A DNA stretch of 35,909 nt from Phoronis australis (lineage: Eukaryota > Animalia > Phoronida), in contig NMRA01000162.1 of assembly GCA_002633005.1 (NCBI GenBank), positions 1-35,909 of the forward strand, in the 5' to 3' direction. The position numbers and the translations under genes are program-made. The notes beneath the pieces are model-generated. The model did not search any database. It saw only the letters and a list, made by a program, of their open reading frames with translations, and was not told the DNA's origin. Position 1 is the first letter of the stretch. Each line of letters starts with the position of its first letter. This document shows positions 11,747-24,427 of this stretch, piece after piece.

Positions 11747-12208
11747 CTTAATACATATTTCTCATTTAAAATTGATTTTGAAATGGAATCCTATCTGTTG
11801 CGTGATATTCCATATATCTTTTTAGCAGCTATGGCTAAATTACGTTGCTCCAACCACAACTTGATGATAGAGAAAGGTAGACATACTCTCGTGGACCAAA
11901 AATACCGTGTGTGTTGTTTCTGTGTGTCCCTAATTGAAGATGAATACCATTTTATATGTGTTTGTAAAATGTACTGCTCTCTGAGAACTGCATTTATACC
12001 TGAGTGGTGCTGGCATGAACCAAATAAACATAGATTTGTAAAACTTACGAAAATGTCGGAGCCCATTGCTCAGATTAATCTAATGAAATTTGTATATCAC
12101 GCCACTGCTCTCAGGGAAAAGCTGCTCAGCGTTATCCTGTAAACTTTATGTAACATGTGGGCCAAGGCCTTAAATGTTGAAATACATGAATTTGAATTTG
12201 AATTTGAA
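11747..12208 (+). mobile_element. 3' end of a non-LTR retrotransposon (ORF2 C-terminus plus microsatellite tail)
   Basis: ORF 11783-12142 carries E.YL...LR.S.H.L.IE.GR...R.C..C...IEDEYHF...C..Y..LR, a C-terminal Cys/His motif typical of RTE-X/L2-like LINEs; short 3' UTR ending in (GAATTT)3. Confidence 0.85.
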
Positions 12209-12350
12209 CAGAAAATGAAGAATTTTCAATTTTCAGTTGTCGGTGTTTCCTGTACAGCACAGTGGATCAAACCACACGCGTGCAACATTTTCTATATATT
12301 GTTATAGCACTGGACCACTCAGAGTTTATGCACTGTCATTTTCGTTTCAG

Positions 12351-12532
12351 TGTTGATTCTAACTATGTGGACCCCTCTGAGCCCTCCTTAGTATATCACC
12401 CTCTGGCAAAGTCTAGAACTCAAAACCTGAATGCCTCTACCGAGATAATTGGTGGCGTGAGTCGAACTGCGTACTTAAAGCAAGAGGATGCTGGGAGCAA
12501 GGCAACCTTCTATGCTCTGTGTACCTTGGATG
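12351..12532 (+). CDS. ITFG2: ITFG2 exon 8 (VDSNYVDP...NASTEIIGGV...FYALCTLDG)
   Basis: TTTCAG acceptor, GTAAGC donor; ALCTLDG motif; enters in phase 2, so an unseen exon 7 is required. Confidence 0.9.
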
Positions 12533-13155
12533 GTAAGCCTCTGAGTGGCAACAGCTGTAAATTTAATTTGCCATGTTATGTCATGTAATTCATTGGTGTC
12601 AATTAGAAGCTAAAACGCCCAGCACTATGAAAGCTGTTACTGTCTGTTCCTAGAAAAGACTTAGAGTTAACATGTGCTTATTGATGTCAACTGTGCTTTG
12701 AAAATGAAGTCTTATACAAAATATAGTGACAAACATTAACAGTATCATGTCCCTTCTGCTCTTAAAGCCCCATGGAGCACAATTTTGGATGTCAAATTCA
12801 AACTGAATTTGAGCATCTTGATCATTACTCTCCATTTTGTCCTTGGAACTAACTACTGGCTGTAAAATAAAATCCAACAAAGTGATTTGGCTGTACAGAG
12901 TCACACTGGAACACTTTTCTTTCTCAGTAGGTAAGATTTTTTTCTTCTGAATATTACCCACGACATCAATGGTAAGGCTACTGTAGTATTCAGAGCAGCA
13001 AACATGAAACACAACAGGCAGCTTTAAATGGACAACAACCTTTGTTGTCTTGTCTTTTCTAAAAATACAGTTATATGATTATCTCAGAGACACTTTTCCC
13101 GATGCAATTACTTTTCCCCTGACATGTATTTACACAGAGTGTTCAATAGCAAGTT

Positions 13156-13210
13156 GGACTTTGTGTTTGCTTGATGGAAGTGAGGGACTTTGTGTTTGCT
13201 TGATGGAAGT
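13156..13210. repeat. Short tandem duplication (2 x 26 bp, period 29)
   Basis: GGACTTTGTGTTTGCTTGATGGAAGT twice. Confidence 0.9.
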
Positions 13211-13533
13211 TTGTGCAGATCCAAGATGAGTTTTTTTTTGATGGACCATTTGCATCACTTCCTGTTGATGCATAGTTAGTATTCGCCTATGGGAATAGTA
13301 ATTATCGGTGATTCTTCAAGATAACTATGGATTTGAGTATATTAAGTAACATCAAATTTTAAAGCAGTTGTTTCCCTTTAAATTAGTGCTCACATCGACT
13401 CCATGAATTCACTTGCATCAGAAATATATTTTATCTGCTGTCAATTGTTCAAACCCTACACTATTTATTTTTGATATTAGTTGTGTTAATTGTTGTCTGC
13501 ATTTAGATTAGTTTGACTTGTGCACTGTTGCAG

Positions 13534-13622
13534 GGAACTTGAAGCTGGTAGACGAAGACAATATAGTGTGGTCACTGCAAGTTCATCATCAGTTGTTTGC
13601 CATTTCAAAGTTAGATGTCACT
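13534..13622 (+). CDS. ITFG2: ITFG2 exon 9 ([30 protein letters not shown])
   Basis: WS.QV.HQLFA..KLDVT motif; AG/GTAAGC; phase 1 to 0. Confidence 0.94.
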
Positions 13623-14197
13623 GTAAGCAACCTGCAAATTTATAGTTACTGTTTGCTTGTTTCCAAAACCAGTAGTTATTGTCAGGCAGTCTTTATTGTA
13701 TTCACTGCAAGTTAAGTTCAATTCGCACATTAACTCAAATAGCTATAGCAAATAATTATAGCCATCCAATTATTCTTTCCTAAGAACGGCTGAAAGAATA
13801 AGTCATGTATCTCCACACAAAGGAATATCCATCTCTGATGAAATTCACTCATGGCAATCTCTGATATTTTCTTATCTTTTAAGAGACATCAGTACTGAAC
13901 ATGCGCCATTACTGAACCTGGCATGTCTTGTTTTATTTCAAACTAGATTAGATTGCTCATGACCTGTTTGGCCAGCATTGTGACTAAGCACACGGGTCTT
14001 ATATGGCTGAGAGACTGACATGTCAAATATACAGGTGTCTTTTATTTCTAATTGATGTCAGAGCAGTTCTCAAGCTTTTCAACATTGTTAACATGGGACT
14101 TCAGAGGTCGACTGTCAGAATGAAACATGTTACCATACGCATCTCATCTTGCTTAATGTTCTAATCAAATGCTGATATGTCCATTGTTTGTTTTCAG

Positions 14198-14315
14198 GGA
14201 GATGGAACAGATGAGGTGATTGTCTGCTCCTGTGATGGGCAGACGTACATCGTCAACTACAACAGGCAGGTTGTGAGGTTTCAGTTTGAAGAAAATGTGG
14301 CAGCGTTCTCAGCAG
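14198..14315 (+). CDS. ITFG2: ITFG2 exon 10 ([40 protein letters not shown])
   Basis: DGQTYI...VVRFQ..EN..AF.AG motif; canonical splice sites; phase 0 to 1. Confidence 0.94.
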
Positions 14316-14689
14316 GTACAATTGGTTGATGTCTCTGTGGAAATTTCCACTTCGAAACCACATAGCCTCAAAACAAACGGAAAACCCTCTCAGACATAAA
14401 AAGTGTCGGTGTTTATTGTTTGCATCAATGAAAATTACTAAAGTGTGTGGTTCTTGACAATATTATTAATTTTTTCGCTTGTCCTTGGTCATGAAAAAAC
14501 GATTATCATACAACCATTCGATCTGTGCTGATGGGTATCGGTTAATTTTCATAATCAATGATAACATATGTCCAGTTACTGATCCTCGGTTATATCTAAA
14601 TTATTAGTACATGAACATGATCAGCCAATATATAAACATTGAGGTTGGCCAGTAATGAAATATATCAAATAAACACAGAAAAGTCAGGA

Positions 14690-14761
14690 ACCCCAACTGG
14701 GAATCGAACAACAGGTCTCTAGATTGCCGGTCTAGTACTCTCACCACTGAGCTACTGAGGA
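14690..14761 (-). mobile_element. tRNA-derived SINE head or tRNA pseudogene
   Basis: Minus strand TCCTCAG TAGCTCAGTGGTGAGAG ... CTAGA-CCGGCAA-TCTAG ... GTTCGATTCCCAG TTGGGGT: A box, B box and anticodon stem present; acceptor and T stems mismatched; loop lacks U33. Confidence 0.7.
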
Positions 14762-14937
14762 CCCGATATCTGCGTAATTACTGTTTACAGCCAACTGTTG
14801 AGTCATACATCCCATGAGCGGTATTTTGCCTTTTTTCACACAGGATTTGTATATATAATTGTCCAATTCCCGAGACAGATACCAAACATGTCATCTTTGA
14901 AAAAAGTGGTTGAAAATTGCCTTCTGATTCGATGCAG

Positions 14938-15114
14938 GACTTTACGCAGTTGACGGAGAAAAGAATGTGCCATGTTTAATTTACGTGACGTTCAACAACA
15001 AAATCTACATCTACTACAACATCAGTATGCTGCAAGTTCCGTCATCTAACTTAATCAAGGCCATGGAGAGTAACCCTGAAACAGAGAAGCTATTGTCAAT
15101 GTTTAACATCAATT
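14938..15114 (+). CDS. ITFG2: ITFG2 exon 11 (GLYAVDGEKNVPCLIYVTFNNKIYIYYN...)
   Basis: PCL.YVTFN.KIY.Y motif; AG/GTAAGT; phase 1 to 1. Confidence 0.94.
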
Positions 15115-15726
15115 GTAAGTGTCTCTCAGGCCCAACTCTGCCTTCTTTCATAATGTGGTTACTTTGTATGTGGTTTTACCCTTTGTTTATGCACTGCCCT
15201 TCGTTTCCTACATTCAGCCTAAGTATGATTTCTTTACGCCCATAGAAAATTGTGGTTGGAAATAGTCAGCATCTAGCTGTCTGTCAGTCGTCATTACCCT
15301 TGCTTATATGTTGATTGATCTTGAAAGCCACTTGATGAATCACATGATATTTGACACAATGGCAGGAACGTGCTGGAACCAGCCGATTCGACTACTCTAG
15401 CACCCCCCTGCTGGCGGATTTAGTTTTCGACAGGATATTCTTTGGCCACCATTTTTTGTCGAAATAGCTTCACACATTTTTACTAGCCTTAACACAAGGG
15501 GATATGGCTGGAATATGCCACCACCAGTGAATTTTCAACTTTTGCATTTTAGTGCATCAATTAGACCGATTATATTTCATGAGGATCGATAAACACCCTT
15601 AGAACTGTAACCTTTGTCATGCAGTTGCCGGGTGCATTTAATCATTTTGCTCTTGTATTTTTATTATTTTAAGAATGGTGAGTAGAAATGAACAATGTAA
15701 CTGTACCACTTATGGTTGTTTTCCAG

Positions 15727-15797
15727 CTAAAGACCCAAGACAAGTACAGAAACTGTATCAGTGGTGTTTATATGGACATCATCAGCCAACCACATGA
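15727..15797 (+). CDS. ITFG2: ITFG2 last coding exon (SKDPRQVQKLYQWCLYGHHQPTT*)
   Basis: TTTTCCAG acceptor, phase-compatible, ends at TGA; plausible ITFG2 C-terminus. Confidence 0.82.
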
Positions 15798-16354
15798 GCA
15801 AACCTGCTTCTGTAGCTCCAGTCTTTCATTTAGCTGCAATTGATTTCATGAAGCTAAGACTTACTCTTGTATGCATTCCAAGTGTGATATTCACGTGTGT
15901 CGTGAAGTACGTAGTAATGAAGTCAGTTAGCTAATATTTATTGTCTATACTTTATGAACGTTATAACAAGCATCAGCACAATTCTGTGTCCTGCAGTTTG
16001 CCAATGTGACCTCATATTCTGTTTGGCTGGGTTACATAATGTTTTAGGCAGTCCTTTTTTACGTTATTCATATTCCTGTCATCTCATTAATGACATGCCA
16101 ATCATGTGCTATTCTCTACCTCAACTACTCAGAAATCATAATATTAACTTACTAAGCAACTGTCTCTGAAAGATTGGCTAAATTTTTCAGTCTGTATTTA
16201 ATTGAAAATTGGTGTAGTGTCAAAGATAACATTCTGTTTTTTCTCAAATTCAGTGCATTTTTTAATTCAAAGTTAATTGTGGTCGCCGTGCAGAGGCATA
16301 CAATGGTGAAACTACTCGTTACGTTCTGACCGGGATTATGGAGCACCTGCTGAT

Positions 16355-16477
16355 TGGCAAGAACCTGAATGTGTAAACAGGCCACTTTACGAACCTGGCA
16401 AGAACTCGAATGTGTATATAGGCCACTCTAAAAACCTGGGAAGAACTCGAATGTGTAAATAGGCCACTTTACAAACC
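16355..16477. repeat. Minisatellite, ~3 x 41 bp
   Basis: TGGCAAGAAC(C/T)(T/C)GAATGTGTA.A.AGGCCACT.T.. repeated three times. Confidence 0.88.
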
Positions 16478-17085
16478 AACATGGTAACTGTTTTAGAGAA
16501 GTATCTTTAGAATCATTGATAATTATGATAAATTAATTCATTAAAACTGTGGGTGCCCTTTTTAAATTTCTCTTTGGATGCACACAGTGCTCACGAATCA
16601 TTGACATTATGTTAATTATCTGCTGTCATTTTTGTATGTTCAGTACAAGCCATTATGATGGCTGGGCAAAAGTTGAATTCATCGTCAAACTTTTCTGTTA
16701 CGATCGAGAATGAAGATGAATTAACAGGACAGCTAGTAAGGTGGCTAAGTCATTATGTAATTATAATTTGACGCCATAATTTTTATTACCGGTTCCAGGG
16801 AGGGGTTACCAGGTAATTTTTGCTGTTAACAGATTTAGCCGTCGTAACGTTAAAACGGTATTTTGTCTGTGGTGATTACTTTGTGTGTTGTAGTCTAAAC
16901 TTGTGTATGCATTACCCATGCCTTGAGGGCACTCTGAAGGAAGGTAGCATGTATCTATAGCATTTTTATGCAGCGCACCTGCAGCTCTGTCGTCATGGTG
17001 TTGGCATACAAGCTAGTACATTGATGATGCTTTCCAAAAATTTTTCAACCATCACAAGCATGCAATTCAAGGTTGCTGACATTTC

Positions 17086-17105
17086 AATAAATTTTAAGAA
17101 ATAAA
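17086..17105 (+). terminator. Candidate ITFG2 polyadenylation signals
   Basis: AATAAA at 17086 and 17100, followed by T/GT-rich sequence; alternative at 17519. Confidence 0.35.
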
Positions 17106-17898
17106 AATTATTTGTATTGTTTTTATAGACGACATCTTCTTAACACGAGAAAAAATTTCAACATTCCTTGGAGAAATGGCAGTCTTGTTTTTTTGATAGC
17201 AGACCTTAGGATTATTGACCCCAAAAGAAAATCCCAAGCATGCTTTTGTAGTTGATAGAGTATGAAACAGAATCTGTAAGTTTGTGAAAATGTGGCTATC
17301 TTTGTGGAAAAAATCGTAATCCACCAATTGGAACATTTGGACTTGCATGTGTACTCACAAAATTCTAAATTTAGTTTCGTTCGTCTAAATACTAAAAACT
17401 GCATTTTGTAGTTTAGCTACTGTAGTTAAAATGAAAATCTAATTGTTTGTTTACACTCATGAAACCAATTTCATAATATTCCTTACTGTGATAGGATTCT
17501 GTTTTGGTTACCTGCTCTAATAAAAGGTGCACGTGCACCAATTTTGAATTTGCAATATTGGGGTAGGCTAACCTCCATCAACTCTGAAGTGTTTTCTTAA
17601 GCCATTGATTGAGTTTCAGTGCTCTCGTTGGTAGGGGAAACAGAATTCTAATTAAAGGCAGAAATTCGATTTTTGTTTTAGCCAGTTGAACTAGGCGAAA
17701 TGTGGCTATAAAAAATTATTTTAACAATTTCTGTAGTTGGTAACGAAGGTAGACATCTTAAGACGGCAGATGTCTTCATGAACACTTGTCTTAATTGACT
17801 ATCGACCTTCTGACCAGACTTCCTATCTGCCTTCTAAGAATATCACACCTGAACATGCTATCAAAGATTGTGAAAACAATTACAAGTTTTTGTTTGGG

Positions 17899-17904
17899 TT
17901 TATT
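17899..17904 (-). terminator. Candidate kinesin polyadenylation signal
   Basis: AATAAA on the minus strand ~1.55 kb past the stop codon. Confidence 0.3.
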
Positions 17905-19131
17905 TGATAAGATATTCCAGTGATTCATCAGATCTTTGTTAAAGAACATGAAGACACAAAATGATCTACTTTAGTCTACACGGCATGTTTTCGTAAAAAC
18001 TGCAGCCACTGTCACATTCATTTTCACACTAAACATAACTCATCTCATAACATTCAGTTTCCAAGAAAAACAGCAAAGCAAAGCTTTCGAATGTACACGA
18101 TAAAATGTTCAACCACAGATTCATTATTTAAACATTAGCTTTGCACAAGTTACCTTCTTCAAAGCTCACATTTCAAAATTCGAAGACAATCCATGAAACA
18201 CAACACACTTGTTGTGAGCAAACAGTACTTTTAAAAAATTGCGGGTGAGACTTAAAGAGTAAAAGCCAATTAAACCTGACTGGTAAAATAAATGTCTATA
18301 ATAATTGTCCAATTCCATTGCTACAGGGTTGGGAGTTTTAAAAAATGAGACTCATGATCTGTGTTCCACTCTCGTCGAAAAAGCATTAAACTATTCGCAT
18401 TGCTCATGAAATCAACCAAATTTTACACAACCTCTTTATACAGTTACTGGAACACACTTCATTCTTGTGTACCACCCCATCTGTGAATAAAAGCTGGAAC
18501 TACACACTAAACAATCTTGGTTTTTGGCTGAACCAGTACTATAAAAGTCGGCAAAATCACTGCAATATCTATAGTCTTGTGTATGACATATAGTATAAAA
18601 AACAATTGGAGTTGACACTCCATCATCTTCAGTGAAAACGTGACAATCGCTGGTGAAGTGTAAGCAAATCAAAAAATGTCTGTATACCACATTCCTTACA
18701 ACAGATGCAACACATAGTTCCTTAGATCCAGTATAATACACACCACCTTGATCTGCTTATTTTTCACCTAATATCACCTTTGCCTTCAAGATGACACGTT
18801 AATTCCATTGAAAAGAATATATCGAATGCATTGGATTCAGGATATTGTGACATTTTTGTTCATGCTTTGCTTCGGATTATAGAAGCATTATCAGCGAGAA
18901 AAACAATTTTCCGAGATCAGTCTCGGCACAGGATCAAAGCTGCATCCACCTTGGTCAGTTTCGCACTCTGCTGGCTGAACTAAATGAAAAATCCCACTCA
19001 ATAAATGGTAGAGTACTTGAACCGCATTTAACAGGTAAAATCGCAGGCCTTGATTTCTACAAATGCCTGGCAAGCAATGGTGAGTTGTATTAAAATCACA
19101 AAACAGTGTATTTTCATGTTGTATAGCCCTG

Positions 19132-19379
19132 GGGCCTGTTCCAAGAAACTGACTTAAGTTCGTTTTTGACTTAAGTCTTAGATTTGTCTTAACTTCCAAA
19201 CTTAGAAACTTCCAACTCCAGTAAGTTAGTCAAAATTAAGACAAACCTTATGTCAAACACTTAAGTCAAGCTTAAGATCTCTTTCTTGAAATATTTTTGA
19301 GGCATATTTAACCTTCATTTCAAAATTGACTAAAATTTAACATTTGTCTTAGCTAAGTCAGTTTTGTTAGAACAGGTCC
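19132..19379. mobile_element. PIF/Harbinger-type MITE, 248 bp, CTG target-site duplication
   Basis: TIRs GGGCCTGTTCCAAGAAACTGACTTA / TAAGTCAGTTTTGTTAGAACAGGTCC; CTG at 19129-19131 and 19380-19382; internal ACTTAAGT palindromes. Confidence 0.85.
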
Positions 19380-19457
19380 CTGGTCAAAACAGATCACGTC
19401 TACTAAAAAGCCTGGTGTTGGCTCAGCAACTTCCAGTTTCCTCAGTTCGCACTTGCT

Positions 19458-19502
19458 TTACTTGACCTTTTTCGTTGCTGTACCTATGTTACACTGGTTT
19501 AC
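19458..19502 (-). CDS. KIFC1: Kinesin-14 last exon (VNQCNIGTATKKVK*)
   Basis: Typical kinesin-14 C-terminus VN.C.IGTA; CAG acceptor; TAA stop. Confidence 0.93.
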   Translation of the reverse strand, partial: VNQCNIGTATKKVK

Positions 19503-20386
19503 CTGCAAGAAATGACTGGATGCTGTAGGTTATGAAATGGGTTTAGTTGGTTCTTAGGCATATGCACGAGTGGCAACATAAGTTCAAGATAGCATTAGCC
19601 GGGGAATTTACAATATCTAACCACATAATTATAAACATAAACATAAACAGTGAAATTACACTTTCTCAGGCGACATGTGCGGGTAACTAACCCTAACTGT
19701 GTTTTTGATGCAACGCTGTAGTTCTATTATTAGTAACCAATTTCTTCACTCAAAATTCATGCAATACCAACCTAGGCATACCTTATCTCCAAGGTCTATA
19801 AATTAAATTTCATTGGTTATTTATTTTATGTTACAGAGCATATGGACTACATATTTTTATGCAAGCACATGGATTATGGATTTGTCCTTTATCTCATTTT
19901 ACTTAATTTTGTTTCTCAATTTCCTTTTGTGCAGGATTACGTCACTTCACAGATGAATTTTTTTATCGCATATCTTACTGGCCAGTTAATATCAATTTGG
20001 TCAGTTCCCTTGGTTATTGGCTAATGATTGTTTATACTGTAAACACACATGTTCAACTAAATTTTCTTCATCTGAAAAGTAAGTCAAGTTTTACCTTTTC
20101 ATAGTAATTTTAACCCATCTTCACCTCACTACACTTGTCTTCTTAGCGTTCTTCGTTACTCAAGTTTACGGCGATTACATATTTTTTCATAAATGCTTGA
20201 CTTTTATCATTATTCATATTTTCACAATAAATAACCTACTTTCGCGTACATCCGGTCTCTTCATCTCAGAAAACGAATCTCGGGATGCATTTATAATATC
20301 TCCGGGATATGTGTCAAACACAGGTATCAACAACCGAAACTTCTTATCGCATGGTCTTTTAATACCCAGTCTAGTAATTGTATTAC

Positions 20387-20536
20387 CTTTGTTGCAAATC
20401 GCAGTGAGTTCACCGTCTCATTGTAGTTTTCCTCCTTGGGTGAGATGTTCACAAACATCAGCGTCTTGCTGTTACCCCCCAGGGAGTTCTGCAGAAGATA
20501 GGTCAGCTTGCTGTTCCGATAGGGTACATGGGCCTC
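20387..20536 (-). CDS. KIFC1: Kinesin-14 motor exon ([33 protein letters not shown]...SLRFATK)
   Basis: [16 protein letters not shown] motif; 150 nt; canonical splice sites. Confidence 0.97.
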
Positions 20537-21170
20537 CTGAAAATGCAGTCGCTGTACATGATTACCAAAATTTATTTGGATCCACTGGGAAGCAATACAC
20601 ATTAGAAGTATCATTCAAAGCTGCAATTGCTGTTTAGCTGTCTATTATAAAAATAAAAATCGAATTTATAGGCTTTTTATTCTGACTCGTAAATCTCGAA
20701 AAAGTCACCAACCTTCACAGGTTTCAGGTGTTATTTAATCATTGTATACACTCTCTATTATGTAAATTTTCATTTACCATGGTAGTACATGACCTAAAAC
20801 GTTTGTTGTTCCCCATAAACTGCTGTATGAAGACTATATTAATGCTATCAATATTCAGTTCAAAAATATATCACATGATGTGGCCAGCAGGTGGCGTGCA
20901 GTTTGTGATTCACTTTGTAAATTACAATGATGACTTGTCGATGAGGACCTACATAACATTAAGAGGTGGTGGTATTTCAGGATTTGTGGACATGCATTCA
21001 AAATACTTCGATCCTTAGAATTTTGAACAGAATCACAATTACGTAAACCACAAGAGAGACCTCTTTATTTATTTACAATACAACAATGATGACATCAGAA
21101 AACCTGAATTACACAGACAAGCTCTTAATCTTAACTTCACAATAGCAAATAACAGACCTTGGTAACTCAC

Positions 21171-21310
21171 CTTATTGGCCAGAGCCATGATCACCTGACC
21201 CAGGGTGCTAAGACTCTTGTTGATGGCCTGTGTCTCTTTAAGACGAGCTCCAGTAGAACCTGAATCTTTAAGGCGTTCACTGCCGGCCAAGTCAATCAGG
21301 TTAAGGGTGC
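21171..21310 (-). CDS. KIFC1: Kinesin-14 motor exon (switch [11 protein letters not shown]...INKSLS)
   Basis: DLAGSE motif; phase 1 to 0. Confidence 0.97.
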
Positions 21311-22207
21311 CTATAAAAATGCAACATTTCAAACCCATGATCACATGCCATTTCTGAATCGGAACACATAAAAATCGCACAATAAATCGATTACCGACAA
21401 ATTGGGTCAATATTTCCTTTGACACAATAACAATTGGTTTCTACCAGCAAAATTAATTAATAGAGTGAATTTGTAAGAAAAATGCTGAGAAATTCCGATT
21501 TTGGATGTTTTGGAACACGATGCTTTCTTGAGATTCTCTAGTCCATTCCAGGATTGAAACGACTTATTGGAATACTGAATGCCATTTTGTGGAAGAACTT
21601 TTTCAATTCTCGATAGCGGAAGTTGATCTTGCAATAATTCATCATTCATCTATGCTACGTGTGCGTTATGTAAAATCTTTGCTTTGTAACCTGTTTGACT
21701 AATTGATAGTCCGTTTTTGTTTGTAAAAGTCTGGTGATTAATTCGAGCAGGAGACCTCAAGACTACTATCATTATATTCAGAATCCATTTATAATAAATG
21801 ACTTTCATTGTTTGATTTTTACAGCTAATGTGACTCCCATGAGTAGAATATAGAGCACTATAAACTGTGGGCTTTGTGTTTACGTGGAAGAAATTTGCGG
21901 CATCGTAACCTACTCTATCATAAAAAGCGAAAATGAACAAAATGGCATACATCTGGCAGTAACCACTCGAGGGCTGCCAAATTTAGTCAAACAATCCACC
22001 AAGGAGCTTGGTAGATAAAAATGTAAAATTCACACTAAGAGGTTAGGCAACTGGTTTAAAAACTGAAATGTGCCATTCTCCTAATAATAGAAACCAAACT
22101 CCCAAATTCTATGAAGTTCCATCAAGGGGTTAGAGATACAAAGACGCCAGTTCTCAGTTTTCCCAGATAATGACAGTTACTAGATGGGTAAAGTTATTCA
22201 GTATTAC

Positions 22208-22346
22208 CTTGGCAACCCTCGCCAGTAATCTCATTCTGACCAGTAATCTTCAGGCGGAATACGCTGTGACTACGTGACGACCGTTCATTACACTTTGTTT
22301 CTGCAACAGCCCTGTTGTCAGATGCTTTCTTCAGGAGATGCGCCAC
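22208..22346 (-). CDS. KIFC1: Kinesin-14 motor exon (switch I, NERSSRSHSVF)
   Basis: SSRSH motif; phase 0 to 1. Confidence 0.97.
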
Positions 22347-23197
22347 CTGGTGAGTGAAGTGAATAAACATTACAAAAACTGCCAATAATGTTGAATCTAT
22401 CACAAAGTGCTTCCTACTTTTCAAATCAATCATTATATTTTGAAACAAATTTAGAAAAAAAATTCCTAAACTTCCTGTTGCCAAAGCAGTGTCATGTGCT
22501 GAACTGTTTCTACGGTTGTGGAGAAACGAATGAATTTGTCAGACTTGCAAACGAAAACTGTTGCTGTGATCATCATGGATAAGAAAAGTAAAATACCACC
22601 TTTCCATGATTTAAATTTTTTTCTTGCGCTCCCCTACCCTTCTTAAAAATGGTAGTCAATGGGGGTATTTCGTTTTTGGCAAAACTTTCTAGGGGTACTT
22701 GAGTGTCGTTTTTAAAATACATTATGGGACGGCTTTTGGCTCGAAAACATGTAGTGACGTCTGTGACAACTTGGCGACATGAAAACAATAAGTTGGAAAA
22801 CAACACCTATCATTTGAGCATACTTGAATGAAATGACCGGGTCCAAAGTAATATGCTTTTTAGTGGGACTATGGCTGACAAGCTGCCATCATACTAAAAA
22901 TAAGACTGAGAGAATGTATTAAAATGCAATACGGATTAGCAAATCTTGTGCTTGATAGAGGCATGAACCGTCTTCACGATTACATGACCACAAAATATGC
23001 GTGATATCACCGGATAATTACGAGCTGACATCCATCCTAGAATGCATTTGATAACTAGCAGCAGTGCTGTAGATGAAGTCTACCCCAAAGTTTATTCAAA
23101 TTCACAAAGCAGTTTTCTGTATGTTGCCATTTTGAAAAAAGATAACCAAGTATGTGTCGCAGTGAAGAGATCCGACCATTAGGTGTGTTCAGTTTAC

Positions 23198-23362
23198 CTT
23201 GCCCTCGCTTTTCACTGTCACGTTGGTCAGGTTTGTCACCATGACGTCCGCACTGTTTGACCCAGTCAGCTTAATGTCATGCTTGACATCGTCCTTGCCA
23301 TTCCCCAGCAAGTCACGGATGGTCTCGTTGTATATCTCCACAAATGAAGCTTCATACTCATA
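23198..23362 (-). CDS. KIFC1: Kinesin-14 motor exon (YEYEASFVEIYNETIRDLL...KSEGK)
   Basis: EIYNE.I.DLL motif; 165 nt; canonical splice sites. Confidence 0.96.
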
Positions 23363-23742
23363 CTGTGAAAACAGAAAAGAGGCGAATTAATGGAAATGGT
23401 TGGTGTGGACTGTGAGATAGAATAAAACTGAGAGGCTTGTAGGAAAAAACATTGGAAGGTAGTGTCTAGTCAACCATTTGAATGCTGGATAGAGTTCAAT
23501 AGTTGTCTTGCAGTGAGAAAAATCTAGCCAAAATCATGTGAACTTACTGAAAATACGAGGCAATATCTCGTGAGATCTTGTTTTTCTAGAGAGGTACTAG
23601 CGCTATTAAACTTCGACCCTAATGGTGATGTTCTGATTTTGATGACCAATTGGTGTCTAAAAAGTCAAATTACTGTTTTATTTGACACAGACTTCTGACT
23701 GTCTCGAGATATTGCAAACATTGGCTCCGCCAAAAAGCTTAC

Positions 23743-23916
23743 CATCCACCCTTTCTCCTCGAGCGACTTGCCAGTTTGGAAGACCTGCCCCACAGCCCGG
23801 GGGATCATGCCTTCATTCTCTTCAGTCACTTCGTCTGGCCCCTCCATTGTGTACGTCTTACCCGACCCTGTTTGGCCATAGGCAAAGATGCAGACATTAT
23901 AGCCATCCAATGCACT
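23743..23916 (-). CDS. KIFC1: Kinesin-14 motor exon (P-loop, [21 protein letters not shown])
   Basis: Kinesin Walker A motif; 174 nt. Confidence 0.97.
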
Positions 23917-24427
23917 CTGGGAAAAGAAAATAGAGAATTAATATAACACATCCTAGCAAAATTAATTATTATATTCTTCTTCATACACACACTTCCCAGT
24001 ACATAAGTTACAACAAAATAGAAACAAACCATAGTTTTGTGACTCTGCAAAACAGTTTTTGTGGACTAGTCTACAACTGTATTGTTGATTGATGATTTAC
24101 ATCTGGTTCTGTGAACCTCTTACTACTCAGAAAAGACAGATGTTTCCTAAATCCAAACAAGTGGCTCTGTGGCAGTCCCAGTCCCGCTGCTCTAAAAGTT
24201 CATAGGTATGTTGGAGTCTGTAGCATAAATTATGTTTATTTATTCACAGACCTCCGACTCTAATCATAACCATATATTCACAATTCTGGCACAACCTTCA
24301 TAAATACAGAATACAGGGACAGGGAACACGTGTTCAACAGGTAATCTAGGACTCTTATAGCAACTGCTTCCTCAGTTTCACCTAAGGTGCCATTTACAAT
24401 GGACATTTGATGACAACAGTACTGCAC

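Noticed and set aside
11170-11751. 193-aa ORF
   Set aside because: Artefact of the N run.
16355-16477. CRISPR-like periodicity (also at 32771-32980)
   Set aside because: Eukaryotic context, no unique spacers, no cas genes.
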